Below are positions 47,313 through 59,165 of a stretch of DNA of 64,000 nt, piece by piece. The stretch spans positions 1,975 through 65,974 of the forward strand of contig CALMML010000014.1 of the NCBI GenBank assembly GCA_937868485.1, given 5' to 3'. Origin of the DNA: an uncultured Myxococcales bacterium (lineage in GTDB: Bacteria; Myxococcota_A; Polyangia; Palsa-1104; JAEUJZ01). How positions within the stretch are numbered: position 1 is the first letter of the stretch; each line of letters begins with the position of its first letter. Both the position numbers and the translations under genes were made by a program. The notes beneath the pieces are model-generated. The model was not told where the DNA came from and ran no database searches. It saw nothing but the letters and a program-made list of their open reading frames with translations.

Positions 47313-48427
47313 GACACAAGCCGTCGTAGCAGATGATAGTTGCGCAGCGGGCCCGCCAGCGTACACCACTCGCCCACCTTGTGCGCTTGCTCTGGGTCGC
47401 CCGGTCCGCAGTTTACCGCCGGGATGCCGAGCCCCGTCAGCCGCGCCACATCCGTCCACGCTTGCTTGGCCGTTACTTGCACGCCACAGGACGCAATCCA
47501 GCGCGCCAGCGTTCGATCGTCGGTACAGACTGCTCCTGAAGGCGACGCATCGACGATCTGGATCGAGTGATTCGGACCAATGACCTCGCGCAGATCCGCT
47601 TCGGCAGTCGCCAGGCTCTTGCCGGGACAGAAGCGATAGTTCACGTTCACCATCACCCGGTCGGGAATCACGTTGCGCGCGTTTTCCGTCAGGATCTGCG
47701 TGGCCGACATCACTTCATAAAACGTCAGCCCACGCACTTCAACCGCTCGCCGTGAAAAGCCCGCAAGCCTGGTCAGCAGCGGCAGCGTCGCGTAGATCGC
47801 ATTGTCCCCGAGCCACGGCCTGGCACTGTGCGCGCGCTTTCCGTGTGTAAACACCTGCGCTTGTAGGCTCCCCGAGCAGCCCGCTTCCACGCGATTGTCC
47901 GTCGGTTCCAGACACACCGCCGCCGCCAGCGTCTTGAGCAGCGCTCCTTGCTGTTCGCACAGTGGAACCATGCCGCTTTGGTGAACCGGACCTTCTTCGC
48001 GGTCGTAAAAGACACAGACCAGCTCGTTTGAGAGCGCGTCCGCATCGGCAATCAGCCGCAGCATCACCGCGAGCCCCGCCTTCATGTCGCTCGCGCCGAG
48101 CCCGTAGATCTTGCCCGCGTCCCAGTCGATCGTGTGCGGCTGCGCAGTGTTTGGGGGCACCGTGTCCGAGTGTCCAAACAGCCCAATCCTCGTCGCTCCC
48201 AGCCGTCCGCAGCGAACCACCAGGGCATTGCCGACGCGAAGCTGCTGCGCCAACGGATTGAGCACTGCCACCCGCTGCATCAGGTGATCCGTGATCGCCG
48301 CTTCATCGCCCGTCACCGAAGAGATCGCACACAGCGCCAGCGTCTCTTCCGCCAGCCAGCGCAGCAGCATGTCGTCGTCCAGCGAAGATCCTGCGTGCCC
48401 GTGGCTTGTCTGTTGGCCGTTTGTCAT
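47309..48427 (-). CDS. dapE: succinyl-diaminopimelate desuccinylase (M20 peptidase, ArgE/DapE family)
   Basis: M20 metal-binding blocks (…LFGHSDTVP…, …GASDMKAGLAVML…). ATG at 48427 directly follows the dapD stop; the long upstream ORF extension is Arg/Gly-rich junk. Confidence 0.75.
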   Translation of the reverse strand: MTNGQQTSHGHAGSSLDDDMLLRWLAEETLALCAISSVTGDEAAITDHLMQRVAVLNPLAQQLRVGNALVVRCGRLGATRIGLFGHSDTVPPNTAQPHTIDWDAGKIYGLGASDMKAGLAVMLRLIADADALSNELVCVFYDREEGPVHQSGMVPLCEQQGALLKTLAAAVCLEPTDNRVEAGCSGSLQAQVFTHGKRAHSARPWLGDNAIYATLPLLTRLAGFSRRAVEVRGLTFYEVMSATQILTENARNVIPDRVMVNVNYRFCPGKSLATAEADLREVIGPNHSIQIVDASPSGAVCTDDRTLARWIASCGVQVTAKQAWTDVARLTGLGIPAVNCGPGDPEQAHKVGEWCTLAGPLRNYHLLRRLVS

Positions 48428-48429
48428 CG

Positions 48430-49269
48430 CTACACCGGCACCTGGAACGTACGGAGCGCATCGCTCAGCGACGTCTTCTGATCCGTCGAAGCACTGCGTC
48501 GCCCGATGATGAGCGCACACGGAACGTGATAAATCCCCGCTGGAAACTGCTTGGGCATGTGACCCGGAATCACCACCGACCGCGCGGGCACCCGGCCCTT
48601 GCGAATCACCGGCTCTGGTCCGGTTACATCGACGATGTTTGTGCTGGCCGTCAGCACCACGCCCGCGCCCAGCACCGCTTCTTGCTCCACCACCACGCCT
48701 TCGACCACCACGCAGCGCGAACCAATAAACGCGCCGTCTTCGATGATCACAGGACTTGCTGAGGGCGGCTCCAGCACGCCTCCCAGCCCCACACCGCCCG
48801 ACAGGTGAACACCTCGGCCCACCTGCGCGCACGAACCAACCGTGGCCCAGGTATCGATCATCGTGCCTGACCCGACGTACGCGCCGATGTTGACGTAGCC
48901 CGGCATCAGGATGCAGCCCGGCTCTAGGTGAGATCCGTAGCGCGCCACATCCGGCGGCACCACCCGCACTTGCGCCGCTGCCAGGTCGCGCTTGGTCGGC
49001 ACCTTGTCATGAAACGACAGCGCCCCGGCTTCCATTGGCTCCAGCGGACGCATCACAAAGTAGAGCAGCACCGCTTGCTTGACCCACGCATGAACCTGCC
49101 AGCCCGACTCGCCGGGGGTCGCGACCCGCACCCGTCCTTTGTCCAGGTCTTCCACCGTGGCCAGCACCGCCTGCTGCACGGCGGGGTCTTTGAGCAAGCT
49201 GCGGTCCGCAAAGGCGGCTTCAAGAAGAGAAATACGCTGCGAGTCTGGTTGCGTCTGCGTCATGTCCAT
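48430..49269 (-). CDS. dapD: 2,3,4,5-tetrahydropyridine-2,6-dicarboxylate N-succinyltransferase
   Basis: DapD N-terminal domain followed by hexapeptide repeats (…GAYVGSGTMIDTWATVGSCAQVGRGVHLSGGVGLGGVLEP…). Confidence 0.85.
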   Translation of the reverse strand: MDMTQTQPDSQRISLLEAAFADRSLLKDPAVQQAVLATVEDLDKGRVRVATPGESGWQVHAWVKQAVLLYFVMRPLEPMEAGALSFHDKVPTKRDLAAAQVRVVPPDVARYGSHLEPGCILMPGYVNIGAYVGSGTMIDTWATVGSCAQVGRGVHLSGGVGLGGVLEPPSASPVIIEDGAFIGSRCVVVEGVVVEQEAVLGAGVVLTASTNIVDVTGPEPVIRKGRVPARSVVIPGHMPKQFPAGIYHVPCALIIGRRSASTDQKTSLSDALRTFQVPV

Positions 49270-49336
49270 GGGGTTGTGTGCTGTGATCGAAGCGGGCTGT
49301 GCGCGGGATCGATGCGTCAAGCGACGGGTCGCGGGC

Positions 49337-49765
49337 TTAGCGGGTTGCAAGCTCGGCGATGGTTCGTCCCACATCGACGATCGCGGCTGCGGTCATCGTC
49401 GCGCTGTCCACGCTCGGCGTGATGATGGTTAATACCAGCGAACCCAGCGCCCAGACCAGCTTCGCCGATAGGTTGACCGTATCCGAGATCGCCGTCACCG
49501 TCTTGAGCGCTTGCTCGAGCTGCTTGGTCGCATCCCCGAGCGCCGCCACTTCTTTGGGCAGGCTGGGCAGTCGGGCTGCGGCTTCGCGAACGGCGCGATT
49601 GCACTCGTCTTGAATCTGTTGATAGCGCTCGGATACCAGGAAAAACGAATCCAGCGACAGCTTGCCGCTGTCCCGGTCCCGATACGCTTGCTCCATCATC
49701 CGGTCGCCAGCTTCCCGCAGCGCACGGGTGATGATGATCGTCTCTTCAGCGGCGGTGAGCGACAT
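49337..49765 (-). CDS. hypothetical protein with a C-terminal TM helix
   Basis: ATG at 49765, 14 nt after the upstream FAD-subunit stop. Helical composition; TM LVWALGSLVLTIITP. Confidence 0.3.
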   Translation of the reverse strand: MSLTAAEETIIITRALREAGDRMMEQAYRDRDSGKLSLDSFFLVSERYQQIQDECNRAVREAAARLPSLPKEVAALGDATKQLEQALKTVTAISDTVNLSAKLVWALGSLVLTIITPSVDSATMTAAAIVDVGRTIAELATR

Positions 49766-50729
49766 GGGCCTCCACTGCGCGGCGTAGCGCGTGCCGTACA
49801 ACTTGCTCGGCCAGGGACAGAAGTGGTCGACTGGACGGACGAGGCTGCGCACCTTCGAGCGCCGCCGCCACCACCTGCTCAGACTGCACTGCGGCCAGCG
49901 GCTGGCCAATGATCCGCTGTTCGCACCGTTTTGCGCGCCACGGACGAGAGGTCAGCCCGCCCAAGATGACCTTGGCGTCCACCACCACCGGATCGCGCAC
50001 CGACAGCATCACCGCAGCCGATGCGAGCGGTGCCAGTGGGGACTCCGCAAGCCGTGCATAGCCAAACACCTGCTGCGCAAGTACCGGCACCGTCACCGAG
50101 GTCAGCAGCTCTGTCCGCTGTATCGTCAGCGAGCTGCTCGGATCGCTACCCGGCTCGCGATACAGATCCAGCAGCGGCAGGCTGCGCTCGGTCGTGCCTT
50201 CTGGCGAATACAGCGTGACTTCTGCCGACATCGCGCACAGACCCACCGCCAGCTCGGAAGCCGACGTGGCCACGCACGACGCGCTGGTCCCAAACAGCGC
50301 CCCTGGACCGCCCACACCATCGATCACCGCGCAGCCCGATCCCGCCGAGCGCTTGTTACAGCGAGCATTACTCGGGTCGCGAAACAGCGGACAGCGCGTC
50401 GGTTCCAGTAGCTCTCCGCCCACCGTCGCTTGGTTGCGCAGCGCGGGCGTCGCAATCTGCCCGGCGATTTCCAGCAGCAGCGGCGCAAGGCTCTGCACCA
50501 TCGGCTGGGTGGCCAGCTCGGCCAGTCGCACCTGCGCCCCAATGCGGAGCCCGCCCTGCCGTCCTTCCACCTGCCGCAGCGGCAGCGCCGACAAGTCAAT
50601 CAGTGTCTCGGGCTGCTCGATGCCGCGCTGGGCCAGCAGCGACAGACTGAGTCCCCCACCGACATAGCGACTGTGCGGTCCCGCATGTGACAGCGCTTCT
50701 GCAATGCTCTGAGCACGTACCCACTGCAT
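49746..50729 (-). CDS. xanthine-dehydrogenase-family FAD-binding subunit (CoxM/PaoB-like)
   Basis: FAD-binding PCMH fold blocks (…YVGGGLSLS…, …ATVGGELL…) and a CO-dehydrogenase-flavoprotein C-terminal domain. Confidence 0.8.
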   Translation of the reverse strand: MQWVRAQSIAEALSHAGPHSRYVGGGLSLSLLAQRGIEQPETLIDLSALPLRQVEGRQGGLRIGAQVRLAELATQPMVQSLAPLLLEIAGQIATPALRNQATVGGELLEPTRCPLFRDPSNARCNKRSAGSGCAVIDGVGGPGALFGTSASCVATSASELAVGLCAMSAEVTLYSPEGTTERSLPLLDLYREPGSDPSSSLTIQRTELLTSVTVPVLAQQVFGYARLAESPLAPLASAAVMLSVRDPVVVDAKVILGGLTSRPWRAKRCEQRIIGQPLAAVQSEQVVAAALEGAQPRPSSRPLLSLAEQVVRHALRRAVEAHVAHRR

Positions 50730-50732
50730 GGC

Positions 50733-51347
50733 TTAGCCTCGCTGGCTCCGCACCGAAGCAATCGCCGCCAAGATCTGCGGCAGCTTGTCACACGCGCACT
50801 GCTGTCCGCACAGCGCCTCGGCCAGCGAGGCTGGGTCCGGCCCGATGGGCTCTTGCAGCAGCGCGTGCGCAGCCACCAGCTGACCTGGAATGCAAAAGCC
50901 GCAGTCCACCGCGTCATGCCGCACAAACGCCTTTTGAAGCGGAGTCAGCTCGCCATCCGGGCTCAGCCCTTCCACGGTGGTGATGTCCTGCTGGTGACAC
51001 AGCGCCGCCGGAGTCAGACAGGACGGCACCCGCTTGCCTGCCACCAGCGTCGTACAGCTTCCACACGTTCCGTCCGCGCAGCCGTGGCGCACCGACAACA
51101 GACCCAGCTGCTGTCGCAAGACGTCTAACAGGCTGCTCCCCGGATCGATGACCAGCCGCTGCGGCGTACCGTTTACGCGACAGGAAAGGATCACGTCTCC
51201 CGGTCGCAGCGAAGGCTCGGCTGGCGTCAGCGCCTGGGATTCCGTGGCTTCTTGGGCTGCGGCATGCTGCGCCAAGGCACACGACGCGGCGCTGACCACC
51301 AGAAACTGGCGGCGCGACAGCGCAGGGTCCTCGGCGCGAGTCGTCAT
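50733..51347 (-). CDS. xanthine-dehydrogenase-family 2Fe-2S subunit with a twin-arginine signal (PaoA-like)
   Basis: Tat motif SRRQFLVVSAASCALA; plant-type ferredoxin cluster CADGTCGSCT and second cluster DCGFCIPGQ. Confidence 0.85.
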   Translation of the reverse strand: MTTRAEDPALSRRQFLVVSAASCALAQHAAAQEATESQALTPAEPSLRPGDVILSCRVNGTPQRLVIDPGSSLLDVLRQQLGLLSVRHGCADGTCGSCTTLVAGKRVPSCLTPAALCHQQDITTVEGLSPDGELTPLQKAFVRHDAVDCGFCIPGQLVAAHALLQEPIGPDPASLAEALCGQQCACDKLPQILAAIASVRSQRG

Positions 51348-53131
51348 GGCCGAACCAGCTCCAGTGATTGGCCTTCGACCCGCACAAGCAGCGCTCCGCC
51401 TTGGCGCTGGCCCGCTTCATCAAACGACAGCGGTCCGGTGGCTCCATCCAGGCTGCCTTGCCGCACCGCTTTGCGCAGGGCCGACGCCGTACACTGCGCG
51501 CCGCCCCCGGCCAGCTGACACGCCGATCGCGCCAGCCGCACCGCATCGTAGCCCAGCGCGTCGAGCGACGTCGGCTCTTCCCCACTGCCGTAGTCGAGCC
51601 GCGCCACCTGACCACCGCCCACCGGCAGCGATCCCACCGACAGCGGTGCCAGCACCGCGCCTTGTAGATACCGCCCCGATGACTTGAGCAATCGCTCGCC
51701 CATGCCTTCCGCTGGAGACAGCAGCAGCTTGATCCGGCTTTTGTCCGGCTGAAGCTCGCCATCGGGGCCTCGGCTGACGCGATACGTTCCGACCACGCCC
51801 GCTGACGCAAGCTGCGACGAGATCAGCTCCAGCTGACTGGCTGACACCGGCAAAAACAGCGCGTCCGGCTGCGCCTTGGCCAGCTTCTGGACATCTTGAA
51901 GAAAGGTCGTCGCTTGCTCGGCAAACGACAGCTCTTGCACCACCTTGACGTCCGATCCCGCCAGCCCTTCCACAAACGACTTGGTCATCGCCTGACCGTA
52001 CGGCGTGCTCGGGGCCAGCACCGCCACCGTCTTGAGTCCACTGCGCAGAAGGTGCTGCGCCAGGGCCTGCGCCCGACTTCGGTTGGTCCGCAGCAGCTGG
52101 ATCGTCCCGCCGCCTTGGCTGTCGCGTGGACCCAGGCTGATGGCCAGCAGCCCGCGCTGTTCCGCTTCCGCGCTGGCAAGGCTTGCTTCGGCCTTGGTCG
52201 GTGGCGTCACGATCACCTGCGCGCCTTCCTGGGCCAGGTCCGCCACCAGTGCGGCCACCGACCCGGACGAGCTATCTCGCAGCCGCAGCTCCACCTGCGG
52301 TCCGCCCAGCCTGGTTCCGCCGAGCAGATCCGCCGCCCACAGCGCGCCCCGCAGCACCCGATCGCCGAGCGCGCGATCCCGTCCCTGCATCGGCACAAGG
52401 ACACCAATGCTCAGCGCTTGCGACCGCTCTGCCACCGGGTTTTCACCTGCGGACAGGCCCAGCCGCTTGCGCCACGACTCTTTCTGCGGACCGGGAAGCT
52501 GATCGATCAAGGTCTGCGACTGCTGCCGTGCGTAGGCCAGCTCTCCCGGACGCACCGCCTTGGACTGACCGAGCCGCTCGAACTCGCGCAGCGCCGCTTC
52601 CGGCTGTCCCGCGCGCCGATACAGATCCGCGAGCGTCGCGTGCAGCTCTGCGCCTTCTTCGCCATCGACAATCTGCGCCGACAGCGGAGCCAAAAGCCGC
52701 AGCGCCACGTCCCAGTTTTGGAGCGCGTATTCCACTTGGCCCAGCTCGCGCCGGACCTCGCTGCCCAGCCACGTCTCGGCGGGCTGCAGCGGCACAAGCG
52801 GGGACAACAGCGCCTTGGCATCGGCGGGCCGGGACAGAAGCCGCAGCGCGCGCGCTTCATGAGTCGTCGCGAGCGGACACAGCGGCTCACTCGGTCCAAA
52901 TTTTTGACGAAACTGCGACAGCGCTGTCTCGGCTTCCGCGAGCTTTCCGTCCGACAGCAGCTGCGCGGCGCTGCGAAAATCCGACTCTGCCGCTGGCCCG
53001 CTGCCGTGAATTTCTTCGGCCCGAGGATCGAAGCGGCGCGGACAAGCGGTGAGCAGCAGCAGCGGCAGTGCTGTACGAAGCAGAAGACTCGGGCGGCGAG
53101 AGCGCCCAGCAAGGAGGGGCTGGTCAGGCAT
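51344..53131 (-). CDS. lipoprotein with N-terminal TPR-like domain plus type-I periplasmic binding-protein domain (LpoA-like / Leu-Ile-Val-binding-like)
   Basis: Lipobox LLLLTACP; helical repeats; PBP1 fold blocks (…VVGTYRVSRGPDGELQ…, …LAPLSVGSLPVGG…). Confidence 0.55.
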   Translation of the reverse strand: MPDQPLLAGRSRRPSLLLRTALPLLLLTACPRRFDPRAEEIHGSGPAAESDFRSAAQLLSDGKLAEAETALSQFRQKFGPSEPLCPLATTHEARALRLLSRPADAKALLSPLVPLQPAETWLGSEVRRELGQVEYALQNWDVALRLLAPLSAQIVDGEEGAELHATLADLYRRAGQPEAALREFERLGQSKAVRPGELAYARQQSQTLIDQLPGPQKESWRKRLGLSAGENPVAERSQALSIGVLVPMQGRDRALGDRVLRGALWAADLLGGTRLGGPQVELRLRDSSSGSVAALVADLAQEGAQVIVTPPTKAEASLASAEAEQRGLLAISLGPRDSQGGGTIQLLRTNRSRAQALAQHLLRSGLKTVAVLAPSTPYGQAMTKSFVEGLAGSDVKVVQELSFAEQATTFLQDVQKLAKAQPDALFLPVSASQLELISSQLASAGVVGTYRVSRGPDGELQPDKSRIKLLLSPAEGMGERLLKSSGRYLQGAVLAPLSVGSLPVGGGQVARLDYGSGEEPTSLDALGYDAVRLARSACQLAGGGAQCTASALRKAVRQGSLDGATGPLSFDEAGQRQGGALLVRVEGQSLELVRP

Positions 53132-53133
53132 GC

Positions 53134-54408
<1,275 letters not shown>

Positions 54409-54651
54409 GGTTCTGTAGTCTCCGGGTTTTCCGTTGGCGGCGATGATCACAGGACTTGGGTCTGATGTAAACCCCTTGGGGAAAAGACGCCCAGCGCCTC
54501 GCTTGCCCCGGTGATTAGCCCTCCAAGCGCCCGGCAACAAGATGCGGACAGGCTGCCCGCGCCCGATCTGCAAAAAATCTCCGACTGGGGTCACGCTGCC
54601 CTGCATGTCCTTTGCTGTGGTTGGGCGGCGAACCGGGTATCCTAAGCGCCT

Positions 54652-55842
54652 ATGCCGCAGCAGACTGCTCCCGATCCCCTGATGGAGGTGCTGCGGACTG
54701 CCTGTGCCCAAGTGGGGCTGTCCGTGGTCGCTGTGACCACGGCTTCGTCCGTGCCGGATCACGCGCTGTACCTGGCTTGGCTGGCTGCGGGCTTTGCCGG
54801 AGAGCTGTCGTACCTGCACCGCGATGCCCTGGCGCGCCAGGATGTCCGCAGCTTGCTACCCGAAGCCAAGTCGGTCGTGACGGTGGCTCTGTCGTATCAC
54901 CATCCGTTTGATGACGCGCTGCATCCCGGTCACGGCAAGGTGGCGCGCTATGCACGCGGGCGCGACTATCACTTGGTGCTCAAGGCCCGGCTGCAAGCGC
55001 TGGTCGATCGGCTGACGACCGATTTGGCGGGAAGCGGTGAGCCTCTTTTGTCGCGCGTCTGTGTCGATACCGCGCCGCTCCTGGAGCGGTCGGTGGCGGC
55101 GGCAGCGGGCCTGGGCTTCATTGGCAAAAACACGCTGCTCATCACGCCCGGCGTCGGTAGCTATACTGTGCTCGGCGAGCTGTTGCTTAGCACGGAGCTG
55201 CCGACTTCGCAGCCGCTGTCGCCGCGCTGTGGGGACTGTCGGCTGTGTCTGGATGCTTGTCCGACCGGGGCGCTCACGGAGCCGTTTCAGCTCGATGCGC
55301 GGCGCTGTATTTCGTACCTGACGATCGAAAACAGCGGAGAGATCCCGCAGCCGCTGCGTGCCAAGCTGGCGGACTGGATCTTTGGCTGTGATCTGTGCCA
55401 GTCGGTGTGTCCGTACAACGTGCGTGCCCAGCCAGGGGATGCGGAGCTGCTGCCCAAGCCTGCGCTGTGTTCGCCAGAGCTGGCGCAGCTTCTGACCATT
55501 GGCGCGGCGCAGTATCGGCAGCTTGTGAAGCGGACGGCGCTGCGACGGATCAATCGGACCTCGCTGTTGCGCAATGTGGCGGTGGCGCTGGGCAACGTCG
55601 GGACACCCGCGCAGCTTCCGGTGCTGGGGACGGCGCTCTTGCGAGAGCCGGAGCTGGTTCGTCAGCATCTGGCTTGGGCGGTGGCAGAGCTGGCGCTGCG
55701 TCACCGGGAGTGTGTGTCGCTGGCGACGCAGCTACTGGGTCAGGCACTGGCGGTGGAGACGGAGGAGTCGGTTGAGCAGGCGCTCCGCGTGGCACTCGGG
55801 CGGCTGTCGCAGGCAGACGAGGTGCAAGCGGCTGCGCCGTGA
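54652..55842 (+). CDS. queG: epoxyqueuosine reductase (4Fe-4S, cobalamin-dependent) with C-terminal HEAT-like repeats
   Basis: Two ferredoxin-type clusters [16 protein letters not shown] and [11 protein letters not shown]; QueG-like N-terminal domain. Confidence 0.85.
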   Translation: MPQQTAPDPLMEVLRTACAQVGLSVVAVTTASSVPDHALYLAWLAAGFAGELSYLHRDALARQDVRSLLPEAKSVVTVALSYHHPFDDALHPGHGKVARYARGRDYHLVLKARLQALVDRLTTDLAGSGEPLLSRVCVDTAPLLERSVAAAAGLGFIGKNTLLITPGVGSYTVLGELLLSTELPTSQPLSPRCGDCRLCLDACPTGALTEPFQLDARRCISYLTIENSGEIPQPLRAKLADWIFGCDLCQSVCPYNVRAQPGDAELLPKPALCSPELAQLLTIGAAQYRQLVKRTALRRINRTSLLRNVAVALGNVGTPAQLPVLGTALLREPELVRQHLAWAVAELALRHRECVSLATQLLGQALAVETEESVEQALRVALGRLSQADEVQAAAP

Positions 55843-55877
55843 GCGAGCAGTGACGGGACGCTTCGCGTAGAGAGTGG

Positions 55878-56456
55878 CTAGGTGCGCAGGCCGACCGGAC
55901 ACGCGACGCCGGTTCCGCCCAGGCCGCAATAGCCCGAGGGATTTTTGGCCAGGTACTGCTGGTGATAGCCTTCGGCGTAGTAAAACGGCGGGGCGTCGAG
56001 GATCTCGGTGGTGATCAGGCCGTGACCAGCGCTGCGCAGGGCCTGCTGGTAGGCGGTGCGAGACTGCTCGGCGGCCTTGGTTTGGGCGGGCGTGTAGCAG
56101 TAGATGCCGGATCGATACTGGGTGCCGACATCGGGGCCCTGACGCATGCCTTGGGTTGGATTGTGGGCTTCCCAAAACACGCGCAGCAGGTCTTCGTAGC
56201 GGATGCTCGCTGGATCGTAGACGACCAAGACCACTTCGTTGTGGCCGGTGAGTCCCGAGCAGACCTCGTGGTAGGTCGGGTTTTCGGTGATGCCTGCGGC
56301 GTATCCGACAGCGGTGCTGTAGACGCCTTTGGTCTTCCAAAACTGCTTTTCAGCGCCCCAGAAGCAGCCCAGACCGAACATCGCTTGCGCAAGGCCGGCT
56401 GGAAACGGTGGGACGATGCGGTTGCCGGACACGAAGTGAACCTCGGGGACCTTCAT
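55878..56456 (-). CDS. msrA: peptide methionine sulfoxide reductase A
   Basis: [13 protein letters not shown] catalytic motif and full-length MsrA conservation. It is the C-terminal part of a 781-aa ORF-track entry whose upstream part is Arg-rich shadow. Confidence 0.9.
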   Translation of the reverse strand: MKVPEVHFVSGNRIVPPFPAGLAQAMFGLGCFWGAEKQFWKTKGVYSTAVGYAAGITENPTYHEVCSGLTGHNEVVLVVYDPASIRYEDLLRVFWEAHNPTQGMRQGPDVGTQYRSGIYCYTPAQTKAAEQSRTAYQQALRSAGHGLITTEILDAPPFYYAEGYHQQYLAKNPSGYCGLGGTGVACPVGLRT

Positions 56457-56651
56457 CCGCTCGGTCCGACCGGGAAGGGCATCGGCTTTGGTTGGAAGTC
56501 GGAGCTTTCGGGGATCGTCAAAGAACATGACAAAAAGCTTAGTACGAAGCAGAAGCGATCGTCGAGGACGGTGCCGGACTTTCTCTCGGGGCGGTAGGGT
56601 CGCAATCTGTAGCGGTCTACGCCGATAAGCAAGGAAGGTGGGGGGACCTTC

Positions 56652-58241
56652 ATGCCGACTTTGGAAAAACGCGCTGAGGACGTTCACGCTGCGGAGCCGA
56701 AGCCAGTTGTGACGCCTGACAAGTGGGTGAAAAAGCCGACGGCGGACATTCCGTGGGAGATGCTGGCACCTGTGCCGATGCAGCACGTTCCACTGCCACT
56801 TCAGCCGATTCCATCGCCGGACAAGCTTCCGTCTTCGCTGTTTTCGCAGCCACTTGGGATGTACTCGGATACGGGATTTCGCCCGATGCCGCTGATGGAT
56901 CCGGTGGTGCGGGAAAAGAAGATCGACAACTACGAACAGACGCTCGATGGCGCGACGTATGTGGCGGGGAATCTGAAGGGTCAGCAGAAGGTCGAATACA
57001 TCGAAGATCAGCTCAAGGCGCTGGCGCGGTTTTCCAAAGACGTTGCGCCGGACGATGCGACGGGCAAAGCGGCAGAGACGGTGCCGACGCCGCTCATCGA
57101 CAACGCGCGACCGCTTATCGAAAAGCTGGAACGGATGACGCCGGATGCGACGACTCCTGCGGGGGGAACCAATCCGGAAGGCGCGCACGTTGGAACGGGA
57201 ACGGACTGGAACACGACGCTCGGGGTGCCGCAGTACCGGACGCAGTCGGACAACCTGATTCCGCCCGAAGCGTCGTGCAACATGACGAGCCTGGCGATGG
57301 CGCTGGAGCGGATGGGCTACGGTCGGGAAAACGCCATGGATGCCATCGATGGCGAGCTGAAACAGCGCTATCTGGATGAAGAAAAAGCCAAGCTCGCGAA
57401 GGCCAAGGGCGACCCGAGCACGCTGCCGAAGACGGCTGCCGATGTGACGCTGCCAGCGGGCTACTTCGAGGGACAGGTCAAGGGCTACTTGAAGGCGGTG
57501 GATGCGGCGGCGGAAAAGCCGTATCAGGGCGTGCGAGGCAAAGACACGGACGAAAAGGCCTGGGACAACATCGCGGGTCAGTATCGGGACAATGCGCAGT
57601 TTGAAGATACGCTCGACTTTCTGCGCTATCTGACGAAGGCGGGAGGCCGCACAGACCTCGATACGGTGACGCCGAAGCTGCTCGAAAAGCTGGAGCCGGA
57701 TGCGGAAAAGCGTCCGACGTATCGCTCGATCACGCCGGGCAAGAACATGGACTGGAAGAAGGCGCGTGGTCAGATGGATGAAGTGCTCGACGAAGGGGGC
57801 TCGGCGATGCTGAGCTTCCATCACAAGGGCGGAAACAACTTCAACGCGTCGCACATCGTGTCGGTGCAGCAGATGACGGACGACGGAATCATTGCCGATG
57901 ATCCGTACGGACGGATTCGATCGAACTACAACGTGGCGCAGGTCGGTGATGCGTACGGTGAAAAGGGCCAGGCGGGACGCACGCCGTCGCGGAAAAACCA
58001 GGTCGATCCGTCGGTCGATCGCACCAAGCCGAGCACGATGGATGCGGACTGGAAGACGTACGGGGCGCAGCACCTCAAGCCGGAAGAAGCGCTGGGCAGC
58101 TCGTCGCAGGTGGCCGACAGCGTGATGCAAAATGCATGGCGATCGATTCGCTTTTTGGAACCGGCCAAGAAAAAGGCGGTCGCTGATGCCGCCAAGCCCG
58201 CCGTGGTGCCGGGACAGAATCAAGCAGCGCTGCCGAAGTAG
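56652..58241 (+). CDS. hypothetical protein with a Peptidase_C39-like (papain-fold Cys/His/Asp) domain and no signal peptide
   Basis: [31 protein letters not shown] resembles the C39-like catalytic-Cys block. Later NASHIVSV (His) and ADDPYG (Asp). Lys/Asp/Glu-rich composition is atypical for this genome. The opposite-strand long ORF is a shadow. Confidence 0.5.
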   Translation: MPTLEKRAEDVHAAEPKPVVTPDKWVKKPTADIPWEMLAPVPMQHVPLPLQPIPSPDKLPSSLFSQPLGMYSDTGFRPMPLMDPVVREKKIDNYEQTLDGATYVAGNLKGQQKVEYIEDQLKALARFSKDVAPDDATGKAAETVPTPLIDNARPLIEKLERMTPDATTPAGGTNPEGAHVGTGTDWNTTLGVPQYRTQSDNLIPPEASCNMTSLAMALERMGYGRENAMDAIDGELKQRYLDEEKAKLAKAKGDPSTLPKTAADVTLPAGYFEGQVKGYLKAVDAAAEKPYQGVRGKDTDEKAWDNIAGQYRDNAQFEDTLDFLRYLTKAGGRTDLDTVTPKLLEKLEPDAEKRPTYRSITPGKNMDWKKARGQMDEVLDEGGSAMLSFHHKGGNNFNASHIVSVQQMTDDGIIADDPYGRIRSNYNVAQVGDAYGEKGQAGRTPSRKNQVDPSVDRTKPSTMDADWKTYGAQHLKPEEALGSSSQVADSVMQNAWRSIRFLEPAKKKAVADAAKPAVVPGQNQAALPK

Positions 58242-58244
58242 CGG

Positions 58245-59165
58245 CTAGGGGCAGGTCAGCTCCTGCGTCCACTGAAGGAACGGCTCTTTGTCGTTTTCAA
58301 GGTTGGTGGCGAGCTGGACGGTCTGCCAAGAGTCATCCGGTCGCTGCACATCCACGATTAGACGGTCGACTCGAAAGCGATGCTTGGCGCGAGTGGGCGC
58401 ATCGGCGTGCAGGATGTCTTTGTTGCGCACACGCAGATCTCGAATCGCCGCGATGTCACGAATCGGAATCCGCACGTCGGGCGAGTCCAGATAGAACGAC
58501 AATGATCCGGTGGTGTGTTCGTAACAGGCTTCGACTTGGCCGCTTTGGTCCACGTCGCGGGTGGGCATGAGCAGCTTGGGAACCGATGATTCGTCGCCAT
58601 CGGTACCTTGGGGTCCACAGACGCCGAGTCGGCTGTACTGCGCGGCGCTGGAGCCCCACACGATTTGATAGCTGGTGGCGGCGTAGTCGTTGGCGTTGGC
58701 GATGACAGTGACCCAGTAGTTTCGGCGGTCGGGGTCGGCGCAGTCGTCGGCAATGATGCGATTGCAAGCGACGGGAAGCGGGCCGGTGAAGGAAAAGATG
58801 TTGCGGGTGACGGCGCCAAGTCCGGTGCCGCTGCTCGTGCAGTCAAAGCGTGCGCGTCCGTCTTGCTTGCGGGCCAGGGCTTGGGCTTGGGCGACCTCGC
58901 TGACGTAGGAAAGCAGCTTGCGGGTGCAGTCGGTGACGATCCAGTCGCTGTCGACAAAGCCATCGCAGTTGCTATCAAGGCCGGTGCACTGCTCGGGGGC
59001 GCGACGGGCTTCATCGGTGCAGACTGCGACTTGTTCGACGGGTTGGGCGTAGCGGAGGCCGTCGCCTCCCACGGGATCAGATGCGCAGCCATCAAGCAGT
59101 CCAGTCAGCAGGAGCGGAAGCAGCCTGGATGCGACGGCTTGGTGGGTCCAAGAGACTGTGTTCAT
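58245..59165 (-). CDS. cysteine-rich lipoprotein, hypothetical
   Basis: ATG at 59165 with a GGAGG RBS; lipobox LLTGLLDGCAS; 12+ Cys. The upstream ORF-track extension is Arg-rich junk. Confidence 0.5.
   Translation of the reverse strand: MNTVSWTHQAVASRLLPLLLTGLLDGCASDPVGGDGLRYAQPVEQVAVCTDEARRAPEQCTGLDSNCDGFVDSDWIVTDCTRKLLSYVSEVAQAQALARKQDGRARFDCTSSGTGLGAVTRNIFSFTGPLPVACNRIIADDCADPDRRNYWVTVIANANDYAATSYQIVWGSSAAQYSRLGVCGPQGTDGDESSVPKLLMPTRDVDQSGQVEACYEHTTGSLSFYLDSPDVRIPIRDIAAIRDLRVRNKDILHADAPTRAKHRFRVDRLIVDVQRPDDSWQTVQLATNLENDKEPFLQWTQELTCP

Noticed and set aside
47309-48832. 507-aa version of dapE
   Set aside because: The first 135 codons are Arg/Gly-rich junk overlapping the dapD coding region in another frame. 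The ATG at 48427 directly abuts the dapD stop and gives a normal-length M20 enzyme.
55878-58223. 781-aa minus-strand ORF in the ORF track
   Set aside because: Only its last 192 codons (MsrA, GCFWG motif) look coding. The remainder is Arg-rich antisense shadow of the plus-strand 529-aa C39-like gene, which has normal composition.
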